Below, piece after piece: positions 48,025 through 57,123 of a stretch of 64,000 nt of DNA; the first letter of the stretch is position 1; each line of letters starts with the position of its first letter. The notes beneath the pieces were generated by a model. The model saw only the letters and a list, made by a program, of their open reading frames with translations. It was not told the DNA's origin and ran no database searches. This stretch comes from a bacterium. GTDB lineage: Bacteria > Zhuqueibacterota > Zhuqueibacteria > Zhuqueibacterales > Zhuqueibacteraceae. The stretch lies in NCBI GenBank assembly GCA_044869275.1, contig JBIOXB010000063.1, forward strand, positions 15,303 to 79,302, written 5' to 3'. Position numbers and translations under genes: made by a program.

Positions 48025-48648
48025 ATGGCGAAAAACACTTCACTCCCTTCGACCACAAGCAGCGCCCAGGTTGCGGACCTATTTGCGCGAAAAATTTCGC
48101 GCGCCGATTTTCTCAAGCGATTGTTTCTGCTCTCCGGCGCCGCCTGGACGGCTTGCACACCGCTCCGTATCGCGTTGAAGACTTATCCCGACCGCTTCGA
48201 TGCCGATCACGAGCTGAGAGAAAAACTGTTACAGGCGTTTGTGGCGGCCGTGATTCCGGGCGTTCCTCTCGACGCCACACATAGCACGCGTATGCTCACC
48301 GACGATTTTTATCCATTTCATTCCTATTGCGGCTTTTTTACGGCAGATCTGGCGCAAAGAAGTATGAAGCTTTATAGCCATGATCGTTTTGACCAGCTTT
48401 CAATCGAGCAACGCACACAAGTCATCCAGCATGGATTGCAGGCGGACGCCACCACTGCCCGACTGTATCAAGCCGCGATCTACATGACGCAACTTTCGTT
48501 CTATGCAAGCATTTATGACGACAAAGCTGGCTGCACTCTGATTGATTTTCACGGCACGAACGCAGGCTTTCCCGCGGCAGAAGTGTGTTATACGAATAGA
48601 GAGATGCCGTTAGCGCAAGAGGCAACAAGCGACGGCAACCCTCCGTGA
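48025..48648 (+). CDS. Gluconate 2-dehydrogenase subunit-3-like small protein with a twin-arginine signal.
   Basis: SRADFLKRLFLLSGAAWTA (Tat motif S/T-R-x-x-F-L-K). ~207 aa. Confidence 0.65.
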   Translation: MAKNTSLPSTTSSAQVADLFARKISRADFLKRLFLLSGAAWTACTPLRIALKTYPDRFDADHELREKLLQAFVAAVIPGVPLDATHSTRMLTDDFYPFHSYCGFFTADLAQRSMKLYSHDRFDQLSIEQRTQVIQHGLQADATTARLYQAAIYMTQLSFYASIYDDKAGCTLIDFHGTNAGFPAAEVCYTNREMPLAQEATSDGNPP

Positions 48649-48692
48649 CCCCTGGAGGTCTCAGATTCTTGTAACTTCAGGTACATATTAAA

Positions 48693-48915
48693 GGCAAAAC
48701 TATTCGGGGCAAAACAATTAAACACAAAAGAAACTTTGAATAGTTTTACCATTAATAGTTTTGCCATTTGGGGAAAACACCTGATCGTCACAATTTCTCT
48801 AAAACATAGGAAGTTTGAAATGAACAGTGATTTACGACTAACGATTTGCGATTTCGGATGTTGATGTATCCTGCGTAAATCGACAATCGTAAATCGGCAA
48901 TCGTAAATCAACGGC
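48693..48915. repeat. AT-rich 285-bp spacer with dyad and tandem repeats: GGCAAAACTATT / AATAGTTTTGCC inverted pair, and 3 tandem 14-mers CGTAAATC(G/A)(A/G)C(A/G)(A/G)(T/C) with an inverted copy upstream.
   Basis: cgtaaatcgacaat | cgtaaatcggcaat | cgtaaatcaacgg at 48874-48914. gatttacg (the reverse complement) at 48830-48837. ggcaaaactatt at 48693 vs aatagttttgcc at 48763. Confidence 0.6.
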
Positions 48916-48933
48916 ATTGCACGAGAGGCCATC

Positions 48934-50487
48934 ATGAGGACGCTCAAAACCGAAGTACTCGTCATCGGCAGCGGCTTCGGCGCGGCAGCGCCCGCCCTGC
49001 GTTTGAGCCAGGCAGGTTTTCAGGTGCTGATGCTCGAAAAGGGCAGAAATATTGTTCCTCAGAATGATTTCAAACAGTCACAAGACCCGAAATATCTCCT
49101 GCAATATCTCAAAGGCATATCCAGCGCCACGGTTGGTTTTACCTATGCTGAAGGGCTCGGAGGAGGTTCGGGATTTTATGAAATGGTTTCGTTGCGCGCC
49201 CCCAGTGTCGCGTTCGAACAGCAGGACGAGCATGGCCTCCTATGGCCAGGCGGGATTGCGCGCCAGGGTCTGGAGGCTTACTACGATCTGGCGGAGCAAA
49301 TGCTGAATGTCGAACAGATCGCCGTTGACGAAATCCCAAAATCCGGCGTCGTGTTTTCTTTGTTGATGAAGAATCTCGGCTACTCTTGCGATCGTGCGCG
49401 CTATGCGGTAAAGGGCTGTGTCGGCAGTGGCTTCTGTATTTCGGGATGCATTTTTGGCGCGAAACAGTCCCTGCACTACAACTATTTGCCGCAAGCGCAA
49501 CGCGCCGGTATGGAGATTCTCACTGATACTGAGGCATTGAACATTCGTGCACTCGGTAACGATCATAAAGCCACACGCGCCTACCGGCATATGGCCGCGC
49601 TGCCTTATCGCTATGCAGTGCATTGCCGTAGTGACCAGCGCCGCGAACAGTTTGTCGTGCATGCCAAGCTGGTGATTCTGGGCGGTGGCACCGTGGGCAC
49701 CGCCAAGCTGTTGCTCAACTCGCAGGAACATCTGCCGTTGCTCAGCATGCACGTGGGTAAAAACATTACCACCAACGGCAGCGTTAAGGTCGCTGCCCTG
49801 CTGCCGGAAGGATTCATCGCAGGCGATATGTTGAGCGGCAGGTCCCATCCCGGCATGATCAGCTATGAGTTTTTGGAACCTATGGGTCTCACGATTTCGT
49901 GCGCCAAGCCTTTGCCGCTGCAATTGCTCACGGGCGCGCGCATCATGCTCGAGGGCGACCCGCGCCAGCCGGCGTATTGGGGAGAAGCGAACGTGGCATT
50001 GATGAAGCTCTATCGCCGCCGCATGGTCATTCTCTATGCCCTGGGCCTGACGCCGCCGCGAGCCGAGATCCGGCGCAACGGTTCGTCTGATTTCGAGGTT
50101 CATCTCGATCTCGATCATGATCTGCGCGGCTATCATCGGCGCACCAAGGGCCTCCTGCAATCGATCTTGTTGCACAATGGCTGCAAGCTGCTCAATGATC
50201 GTCCCCTCGATCGCGAAGGTCGAGAGTATGATGATCTGCATTTTTCCACCACGCACATGACCGGTTCCTGCCGCATGGCTGATCATAAACGGCACGGAGT
50301 GGTGGACGCCCACGGCGAGGTTTTTGACTACCCCGGCTTATTCGTCACCGACGGCGCCGCCATTCCGACTTCACTGGCGGTGAATTCGAGCCTGACCATT
50401 CTCGCCAATGCCGAGCGCATTGCCGCGCACTTAGTGAGGTGGTATAAATGCGAGGGGAGCAAGGCCTCTGCCCGCGTGGCAGAATAA
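48934..50487 (+). CDS. GMC-family FAD-dependent oxidoreductase (dehydrogenase flavoprotein subunit).
   Basis: N-terminal VLVIGSGFGAAAPALRLSQAGFQVLMLEKG (FAD-binding GxGxxG). C-terminal GMC region with catalytic His (HMTGSCRMADH, VFDYPGLFVTDGAAIPTS). Confidence 0.85.
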   Translation: MRTLKTEVLVIGSGFGAAAPALRLSQAGFQVLMLEKGRNIVPQNDFKQSQDPKYLLQYLKGISSATVGFTYAEGLGGGSGFYEMVSLRAPSVAFEQQDEHGLLWPGGIARQGLEAYYDLAEQMLNVEQIAVDEIPKSGVVFSLLMKNLGYSCDRARYAVKGCVGSGFCISGCIFGAKQSLHYNYLPQAQRAGMEILTDTEALNIRALGNDHKATRAYRHMAALPYRYAVHCRSDQRREQFVVHAKLVILGGGTVGTAKLLLNSQEHLPLLSMHVGKNITTNGSVKVAALLPEGFIAGDMLSGRSHPGMISYEFLEPMGLTISCAKPLPLQLLTGARIMLEGDPRQPAYWGEANVALMKLYRRRMVILYALGLTPPRAEIRRNGSSDFEVHLDLDHDLRGYHRRTKGLLQSILLHNGCKLLNDRPLDREGREYDDLHFSTTHMTGSCRMADHKRHGVVDAHGEVFDYPGLFVTDGAAIPTSLAVNSSLTILANAERIAAHLVRWYKCEGSKASARVAE

Positions 50488-50523
50488 ATGCACCCGCGGC
50501 AGTTCATGTCTGTGATTACGGGA

Positions 50524-50632
50524 TTGTCAACTTGACAACGCAATGTTAAAGCCGCACCTCCTCAACTTGTCATGCCGTAGGCATCTTCCCTAGTTTTCGC
50601 GCAGCTTTTCGGGAAGATTCATACAGCATGAC
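50524..50632 (+). repeat. Copy 2 of the structured intergenic element.
   Basis: attgtcaacttgacaacgcaatgttaaagccgcacctcctcaacttgtcatgccgtaggcatcttccctagttttcgcgcagcttttcgggaagattcatacagcatgacc. Confidence 0.6.
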
Positions 50633-50712
50633 CAACAAAAGGAGCGCACCAAAACCAACGTAGTACTGCCAAGCCAGTAATACTCATTCAGAACCACGCG
50701 TGGAGAAACAAA

Positions 50713-51477
50713 ATGCGACCCCAAATTCATCACAGGGCTATGCTGCTCTTGCTAGGAGTTTTGCCTCTGCAAGTCGATCTCGCGCCGCAGGATAGTGGCA
50801 ACACCACCGTTCAGCTCTACGGCGGGCTCGGACAATATGCTTTGGTCAACCGCGGCTGCGAAGGCCAAGTGCTCAGCAAGCATGCCATTCCATTTCAGGA
50901 ATTGAGCGCCGGGGTTGAGCACAAAACTGCCTCGCCTGTGCGTCTGGGTATCAGAAGCAGCTATATTCTTGACAAAAAGGAAACGTTTTCCGGTGAAAGT
51001 TACTATGATCCCTCACGCCAGGCGTATTTCTCACGGACCGAATTCGTTGCTCGGGAGAATCTCACGATCAATCCCTATCTCAATTTGGAGTGGAAGCCCA
51101 TCGGCATCGGCGGCGGGTACTTCTGGTCGCGTTCTCCTCTTACTGCAGGCGAGAATTCCGAGGATGTAGACTCACCCCTCAGTGCATATCTTCGTTTGGG
51201 AAGCCGGCGCGCGCTCTATTTCAGCTCGTCTTTTCTGCACCATATTCCAGTTTATACCGGCGGTTACTTCCAGCTCGGATTGGGCTCCGGCAAGAATCCC
51301 AACTTCGATTGGTGGCTGGGATGGGGATTTGCCGGTCCGTATGACGGACCCGATATTGCGCTCTTCAAATCTGATATTCGATTACAAAGGCATTTCACGC
51401 TTAATGTGCTCGGACGCGCGGGCTTTACCGAAGGCATCTCGGAAAGCGCCATTGGCATCGGGTTGACATATCGGTGA
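50713..51477 (+). CDS. Secreted hypothetical protein, possibly an outer-membrane beta-barrel.
   Basis: Signal-peptide-like N-terminus. Alternating hydrophobic, Gly/Tyr-rich C-terminal half ending ...GIGLTYR. No family recognised. Confidence 0.4.
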   Translation: MRPQIHHRAMLLLLGVLPLQVDLAPQDSGNTTVQLYGGLGQYALVNRGCEGQVLSKHAIPFQELSAGVEHKTASPVRLGIRSSYILDKKETFSGESYYDPSRQAYFSRTEFVARENLTINPYLNLEWKPIGIGGGYFWSRSPLTAGENSEDVDSPLSAYLRLGSRRALYFSSSFLHHIPVYTGGYFQLGLGSGKNPNFDWWLGWGFAGPYDGPDIALFKSDIRLQRHFTLNVLGRAGFTEGISESAIGIGLTYR

Positions 51478-51648
51478 GAATCTCGATATCCAGCGGATAG
51501 AGGGCACATGAATACCCAGAACTCATAGTTGTTCAGCTGTAAACGGATTAAGCGGATTGAGCAGATGATGGTTTGGGGACGAATCCTTGATTATCCGTTT
51601 AATCCGCTCAATCCGCTTACTAAGACAAAAGCTAAAAAGAGTACGCAA

Positions 51649-52146
51649 ATGAGAACAACAGGACTTTCATCATTGCCATTACTTCTCGTTCTCATGCTGA
51701 GACTTGAAGTTGCTGCGCAGGATTTGTCAAATGTCGCACCCGGCGATCTGATTCGCGTCGCCATTCTCAAAGACCCACATCATAAGAAGACTGGCATTTG
51801 TGATTCTCTGCACAGCGACGCAATCTACATGACGCTGGAAAACTCTGGAAAGCACGGCAGAGTACCTCTCGCCACAATCGCCAGCCTGGAGGTCTGCGTG
51901 GGAACGAAACAAAAAGCTTGGGCCGGGGCGGGAGTTGGGCTCTTAATCGGGACATTGGCAGGAGGCGTCATTGGCGCTGTGGTCGCGAGTGCGTCCAATG
52001 ATCCATATGCAGGTCTTGCCATCCCCGCAGGGTTGATTATAGGAGCGCCGTCAGGATTTCTGGTGGGTGCGGTCGCCGGCTCGCTGATCAAGAGCAAGCA
52101 ATGGGTTGAAGTACCGCTGACGACGGGCCGCAGAGGCAAAAAGTGA
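51649..52146 (+). CDS. Secreted protein with a glycine-zipper membrane segment.
   Basis: Signal peptide MRTTGLSSLPLLLVLMLRLEVAAQ. GAGVGLLIGTLAGGVIGAVVASA...GLIIGAPSGFLVGAVAGS (GxxxG repeats). Confidence 0.4.
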   Translation: MRTTGLSSLPLLLVLMLRLEVAAQDLSNVAPGDLIRVAILKDPHHKKTGICDSLHSDAIYMTLENSGKHGRVPLATIASLEVCVGTKQKAWAGAGVGLLIGTLAGGVIGAVVASASNDPYAGLAIPAGLIIGAPSGFLVGAVAGSLIKSKQWVEVPLTTGRRGKK

Positions 52147-52467
52147 AATTCAAAATCAATCACATTCAAGAATTGCGCGCCGGGATTGGGCACGGAATCG
52201 CCTCGAGGTTGCGGCGGGGTATCAGAAGCGGCGATGTTCATGACAAAGAGCAAGTGTCTACGGGCGAGAATCGGCGCGCTTGACATTCTCCTCTAAAAGC
52301 TGCTATATTTACCTGTGAGGAACCTGCAGTCAAGTGGTTTTTTTCCCCTTCCTTCCCGCAACGACTCAGTTTTATTTTGCTTGTTATAGACAGCCAGAGC
52401 CGGCCTCGTCGCCAGCTTCAGCAAGTTTCTGAACTGCAATAGCTATTTCTATTTTTACGGAAGCGCC

Positions 52468-54687
52468 ATGATCGGCCAAACCATTTCACATTACAGAATT
52501 TTGGAAGAGCTAGGCCGTGGCGGCATGGGCGTGGTGTACAAAGCCCTCGATACCAGGCTCAACCGCACCGTTGCGCTCAAATTTCTCCCGCCGGATTTAA
52601 CGCGCGATCAGGAAGCCATTGATCGTTTTATCAACGAGGCGCAAGCGGCTTCGGCGCTCGATCACACGAATATCTGCACCATTTACGAGATCAACGAGAC
52701 GGAAGTTGGGGACATGTTCATTTGCATGGCTCACTATGCCGGTGAAACGCTGCAACAAAAAGTGGCCAATGGCCGGTTGTCAGTGGCCAGTGCAATTGGC
52801 ATTGCCTTGCAGGCGGCCCAAGGCTTGGAGAGAGCGCATGAGGCCGGCATCACGCATCGCGATATCAAGCCTTCCAACCTCGTCATCACTTCGCGCGGCG
52901 AGGTCAAGATCATTGATTTCGGTCTGGTCAAGCTGGCCGAACCTTCCCGTTCAACCAAAGCTTCGGGGACCGTGGCTTATATGTCGCCGGAGCAGGTACA
53001 AGGCAAACCGGTGGATCAGCGCACGGACATTTGGTCACTCGGCGTTGTGCTCTATGAAATGCTCACCGGACGATTGCCCTTCCTCGGCGAAAGCGAGCAA
53101 GTGGTGATGTATGCCATTGTCCATGAAGACGCCGGCCCGATCCCGGTGGCATCGGGGGGCAGCGGCGTGCCCATGGCATTGGAACAAATCGTCAACACCG
53201 CCATGGCAAAGAATCCCGACGAACGCTACCAGCATGTGGAGGAGATGATTGCCGCCCTGCGCGCGCTCAAGCACAAGCTCGAATCCGGGCAGTTCAACGC
53301 AGCTCAAGCTGCCATCGCGGTGTTGCCTTTTGTAGATCTGAGCCCGCAAAAAGATCAAGAGTACTTTTGTGACGGCATGACCGAGGAACTCATCGCCGCC
53401 TTGGCGAAGATCGAAGGCTGGCGGGTGGTTTCAAAAACCTCGGCATTTGCGTGCAAAGGGAAAGAACAAGATCTCCGCAGGGTCGGTGAGTTGCTCGGCG
53501 TCAAATATGTTCTTGAAGGCAGCGTGCGCAAGGCCGGTGATAGGCTGCGTATCGCAACGCAGCTTACCAACGTCGCCGACGGCTTTCCGCTTTGGTCGGA
53601 GCTTTATGATCGCCAGCTGCACGACGTGTTCGCCATTCAGGATGATATCGCCAAGGCGATTGTCAACAAGCTGAGGCCGGCGGGAGAGCTGGCGCCCCGG
53701 CAGGTGGTGCGTTACACGCAAAGCCCTGCCGTTTACAATTTGTATTTACAGGGGCGCTTTCACTTGAACAAGCGCACTGAAGCCGGTCTGCAAAAAGGCG
53801 TAGCCTTTTGCGAGCAAGCCATTGCTCTGGAGCCGGCCTATGCTCCGGCGTACGCGGGCCTGGCGGACGGTTTTGCCTTACTCGGCTTTCAGGGCTTTGT
53901 GGCGCCCAAAGAAACGATACCCAAAGCCAAAGCCGCAGCCGAAAAGGCGCTGGCCATTGACGAGTCTCTGGCCGAGGCGCATACCTCGCTCGGGTGCATT
54001 CGGGCCGTGTATGATTGGGATTGGGATGCATCCGCCCACGAATTTGAGCGGGCTATCGCCCTCAATCCCAACTCTGCAATGGCACATTATTGGTATGCCG
54101 TGTGGTATTTGTTGCTCACCGGCCAGTTCGATCTGTGTTCCACTGAAATCAAAAAAGCGCAAGAGCTGGATCCGTTGTCCATGGTTTTGCGCGCGGGCAT
54201 TGGTTGGCAGCTTTACTTTGCGCGGCAGTTCGAGCAGGCGGCGCAGGCACTCGAGCGCGCTTTGGAAATGGATGAATACTACGTTTTTGCCCGTGACCTG
54301 CTCGGCCAGGTCTACGCGCAGCTCGGCAGGTATCAGCAGGCTATCACTGAGCTTGAACACGCCGTCGCTCTTTCCCGCGGCTGCGCGCTGAGCCTGCGCG
54401 CGCTGGGCCATGCTTATGGCCTTGCCGGCAAACGCGCGGAAGCGCAGCACGTGCTCGACGAATTGCTGGTGCGCGGACAGCGCAGCTATGTCTCGTCGTA
54501 CGATATTGCGCTGGTTTATGCCGGCATGGGAGACAAAGATCAGGCTCTCACCTGGTTGGAAAAGGCCTACGGGGAGCACAACGGTTGGCTGGGCTTTCTC
54601 AACGTGGAGCCGCGGCTCGACAATTTGCGCGAGGAGGCGAGATTCGCGGTGCTGCTCAGAAACGTGGGATTGCATGAGTTTCTATGA
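52468..54687 (+). CDS. Ser/Thr protein kinase with a TolB-N-like domain and C-terminal TPR repeats. Paralog of 38317..41238 but lacking the cyclase domain.
   Basis: Kinase motifs GRGGMGVVYKA, HRDIKPSNL, DFG. TolB-N-like IAVLPFVDLSPQKDQEYFCDGMTEELIAAL. TPR block. The N-terminus MIGQTISHY[QR]I[IL]E[KE]LG[QR]GGMG is near-identical to the paralog. A TTGACA-18-TATATT promoter lies at 52280-52309. Confidence 0.85.
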   Translation: MIGQTISHYRILEELGRGGMGVVYKALDTRLNRTVALKFLPPDLTRDQEAIDRFINEAQAASALDHTNICTIYEINETEVGDMFICMAHYAGETLQQKVANGRLSVASAIGIALQAAQGLERAHEAGITHRDIKPSNLVITSRGEVKIIDFGLVKLAEPSRSTKASGTVAYMSPEQVQGKPVDQRTDIWSLGVVLYEMLTGRLPFLGESEQVVMYAIVHEDAGPIPVASGGSGVPMALEQIVNTAMAKNPDERYQHVEEMIAALRALKHKLESGQFNAAQAAIAVLPFVDLSPQKDQEYFCDGMTEELIAALAKIEGWRVVSKTSAFACKGKEQDLRRVGELLGVKYVLEGSVRKAGDRLRIATQLTNVADGFPLWSELYDRQLHDVFAIQDDIAKAIVNKLRPAGELAPRQVVRYTQSPAVYNLYLQGRFHLNKRTEAGLQKGVAFCEQAIALEPAYAPAYAGLADGFALLGFQGFVAPKETIPKAKAAAEKALAIDESLAEAHTSLGCIRAVYDWDWDASAHEFERAIALNPNSAMAHYWYAVWYLLLTGQFDLCSTEIKKAQELDPLSMVLRAGIGWQLYFARQFEQAAQALERALEMDEYYVFARDLLGQVYAQLGRYQQAITELEHAVALSRGCALSLRALGHAYGLAGKRAEAQHVLDELLVRGQRSYVSSYDIALVYAGMGDKDQALTWLEKAYGEHNGWLGFLNVEPRLDNLREEARFAVLLRNVGLHEFL

Positions 54688-54805
54688 ATATTTGACTCTT
54701 GATGAGGCGGCGATGGTCAAGCCCAATTGGAGGATGGATTCCTCCATCATGGTTGCTGGTTGAGCGGATAGGGCGTTGTTTTTCCGGTCGCGATTCACGA
54801 GATTT

Positions 54806-54923
54806 GAGTCATTGACTATCTTAACACTGATAAGCTAAAATCTCGCCATCTCAATCTGTCATGCTGTAAGCATCTTCCCCAGGTTGCGTGCAGGCATCTT
54901 GGGAAGATTCCTGCGGAATGACA
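54806..54923 (+). repeat. Copy 3 of the structured intergenic element, sitting between STPK2 and its GAF-sigma-54 activator.
   Basis: cattgactatcttaacactgataagctaaaatctcgccatctcaatctgtcatgctgtaagcatcttccccaggttgcgtgcaggcatcttgggaagattcctgcggaatgaca. Confidence 0.6.
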
Positions 54924-55107
54924 AATAATAGGGGTTTGTGAGGCCAACTTAAGATTGTCAAACTACGAAGCGTTGAGAAAAGTTCGTGCTGGCACTGCAG
55001 GCTTTCGCATGCTGCAAAGAGACAGATAACTGTATCGGCGGGTCAAGGGATTTCGCTCAACAATCCAAGGATCCCTCGATCCATTTATCCCTATCCACGT
55101 CATTGCC

Positions 55108-56697
55108 ATGGAACCAGAGAAACTGGAACACCTGCTCGAGCTGGCCGCCATTCTCGGCCAACAGAATGATTTTCAAGAGACCCTGCGCGTGGTGGCGCAG
55201 AAAGCGGCCAGTTTGCTGAACGCAGAAATCGCCATCATTGCCATGATCAACCCGCAAACCCGGCACACCGTGAAAACCCTCGTGCGCGAAGGCCGGGAAA
55301 ACGAAGCGGTGAAATGGCATGCCGTGCAAACTTACGTGAGCGGGTGGGTGATCAAAAACCAAAAACCTCTGGTGAGCGCAGACCTCAAAGCCGACCCGCG
55401 CTTCGCCAAAAACCTGTTCGAGGGCATCCCGGTCAAGTCGGTTCTGGCCGTCCCCCTGCGCGCCGAAGGCCTTACGCTCGGCGCCCTCATTTTGTTGGAT
55501 ATCAAACCGCTTCAGCCGCCTAACACCAAACACGAGCAACCCGCGATAGCAATTCAACCAAGATCAAGCATCCAGAATCAAGTATCGAGGACCGAGCCGC
55601 TCGACCACGCGTTATCCTATCTCGAAAGATTCGCCACCATCGCCGCGCCTTACCTGCGCAACGTGCAAAAAATCCAACAATATTTCGAGGCGCCCATCCC
55701 CGAGGCCACGTTGCTGGCAAAATACGCAGCGTTCGGCCTGCTGGGCAAAAGCAAAAAGTTCGTAGAGCTGCTGCAAGCCGTCGAAGCCGCTGGGCGCTGC
55801 GACGTGCGGGTTTTGTTGGAAGGCGAAAGCGGCACCGGTAAAGAGTTGATTGCCCGGGCCATTCATCGGCTCAGTAATCGCAGCGATCGACCCTTCATCG
55901 CTATTGACTGCGGCGCCATTCCCGAAAACTTGATTGAGAGCGAGCTCTTTGGCCACGTGAAAGGCGCCTTCACCGGCGCAAGCACTGAACGTAAGGGTCT
56001 GTTGGAAGAAGCCGAGGGCGGCACCCTGTTCATGGACGAAATAAACAACCTGCCCATGGAGATGCAAGCCAAGTTCATGCGCGTGCTGCAAGAGGGGGAA
56101 GTGCGCCCATTGGGAAGCAACAAAACGCGGCATGTCGATGTTCGCATTATTTCGGCGAGCAGCCTTTCATTGCGCGCGTTGGTGGAAGAGCAGAAATTTC
56201 GCGAAGATTTGTATTACCGTCTGCACGTCTATCCCGTTCACGTCCCTTCATTGGACGATCGTCAAGAAGACATTCCGCTTCTGGCCGGCTATTTCCTCAA
56301 AAAGTTTGCCGCCCAGCAGCGGAAACAAGCAGCGTCGTTTCACGAGGAAATGCTGGATTTCCTGCAGGAGCGCCATTGGGCCGGCAACATCCGCGAGCTG
56401 GAAAACTTTGTCGAGCGCCTGGTCGTGCTGGCGCCGCCAAACACGACGATCTTGGATCATGGCATTCTGCCTGAAGATCTGAGCAAGGAATTGAAGAAAA
56501 TTTCAGCGCGTTATGAATCTCGAGCCGTAATAAAATCTCTCCAGGAAAGTTTATCAGAGTTTGAAAAACAATTCATATGTCAGGCCTTGATCGCCAACAA
56601 CTGGAACCAGGTCAAAACCGCACGTCAATTGAAGATTGCCGAACAGACGCTGCGTTACAAGATGGGGAGGCTGGGGATCGAGAGGCCGAGCGGGTGA
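55108..56697 (+). CDS. Sigma-54-dependent activator with an N-terminal GAF domain. Paralog of 41269..42777.
   Basis: GESGTGKE, GAFTGA, C-terminal HTH (QVKTARQLKIAEQTLRYKM). The N-terminus LEHLLELAAILGQQNDFQETLRVVAQKAASLL aligns to EBP1. Confidence 0.9.
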   Translation: MEPEKLEHLLELAAILGQQNDFQETLRVVAQKAASLLNAEIAIIAMINPQTRHTVKTLVREGRENEAVKWHAVQTYVSGWVIKNQKPLVSADLKADPRFAKNLFEGIPVKSVLAVPLRAEGLTLGALILLDIKPLQPPNTKHEQPAIAIQPRSSIQNQVSRTEPLDHALSYLERFATIAAPYLRNVQKIQQYFEAPIPEATLLAKYAAFGLLGKSKKFVELLQAVEAAGRCDVRVLLEGESGTGKELIARAIHRLSNRSDRPFIAIDCGAIPENLIESELFGHVKGAFTGASTERKGLLEEAEGGTLFMDEINNLPMEMQAKFMRVLQEGEVRPLGSNKTRHVDVRIISASSLSLRALVEEQKFREDLYYRLHVYPVHVPSLDDRQEDIPLLAGYFLKKFAAQQRKQAASFHEEMLDFLQERHWAGNIRELENFVERLVVLAPPNTTILDHGILPEDLSKELKKISARYESRAVIKSLQESLSEFEKQFICQALIANNWNQVKTARQLKIAEQTLRYKMGRLGIERPSG

Positions 56698-56745
56698 TTG
56701 GATTACTGGATTATGGTATTGTTGGCGGTGTTTAGGGGTGTTATT

Positions 56746-57123
56746 TTATACCAATGGAAAATTGAAGCACATAAAGTCGGAATAGGGGAAAATAGCCATG
56801 ATGGAATACACGCGCTTAAGGACAAGGCTTCCAGTCGAATGATTTCGAGATGGGCGGTGAGCGCCAGCCAATCCCCAAAGTTCAGACCAACGTGGCTGGT
56901 CATTCACGCGCAAGCCCTTGGTCAGGCCGACGTCGAGCACGTGGCGATTGTGGTGGGTGGCGACCGAGATCGCAGTGATCCCTCCTTCCACCACGCCGTA
57001 CCCTTGAAAAGGATAGCGGTCGAGTTTAAATACCTGCAACTCGCCGAGATTTGCGAGAGATTGTCCGGAGTCCTGGATCAGAAACTCCCGCACCGTCTTG
57101 CTGCACAATTGTAGACTGTCCAC
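56746..57123 (-). pseudogene. Possible gene remnant in the lower-GC island boundary.
   Basis: 125-aa ORF with no start context or motif, in a ~50% GC block. The opposite strand carries a similar orphan ORF (56698..57114). Either may be a fragment. Confidence 0.2.
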
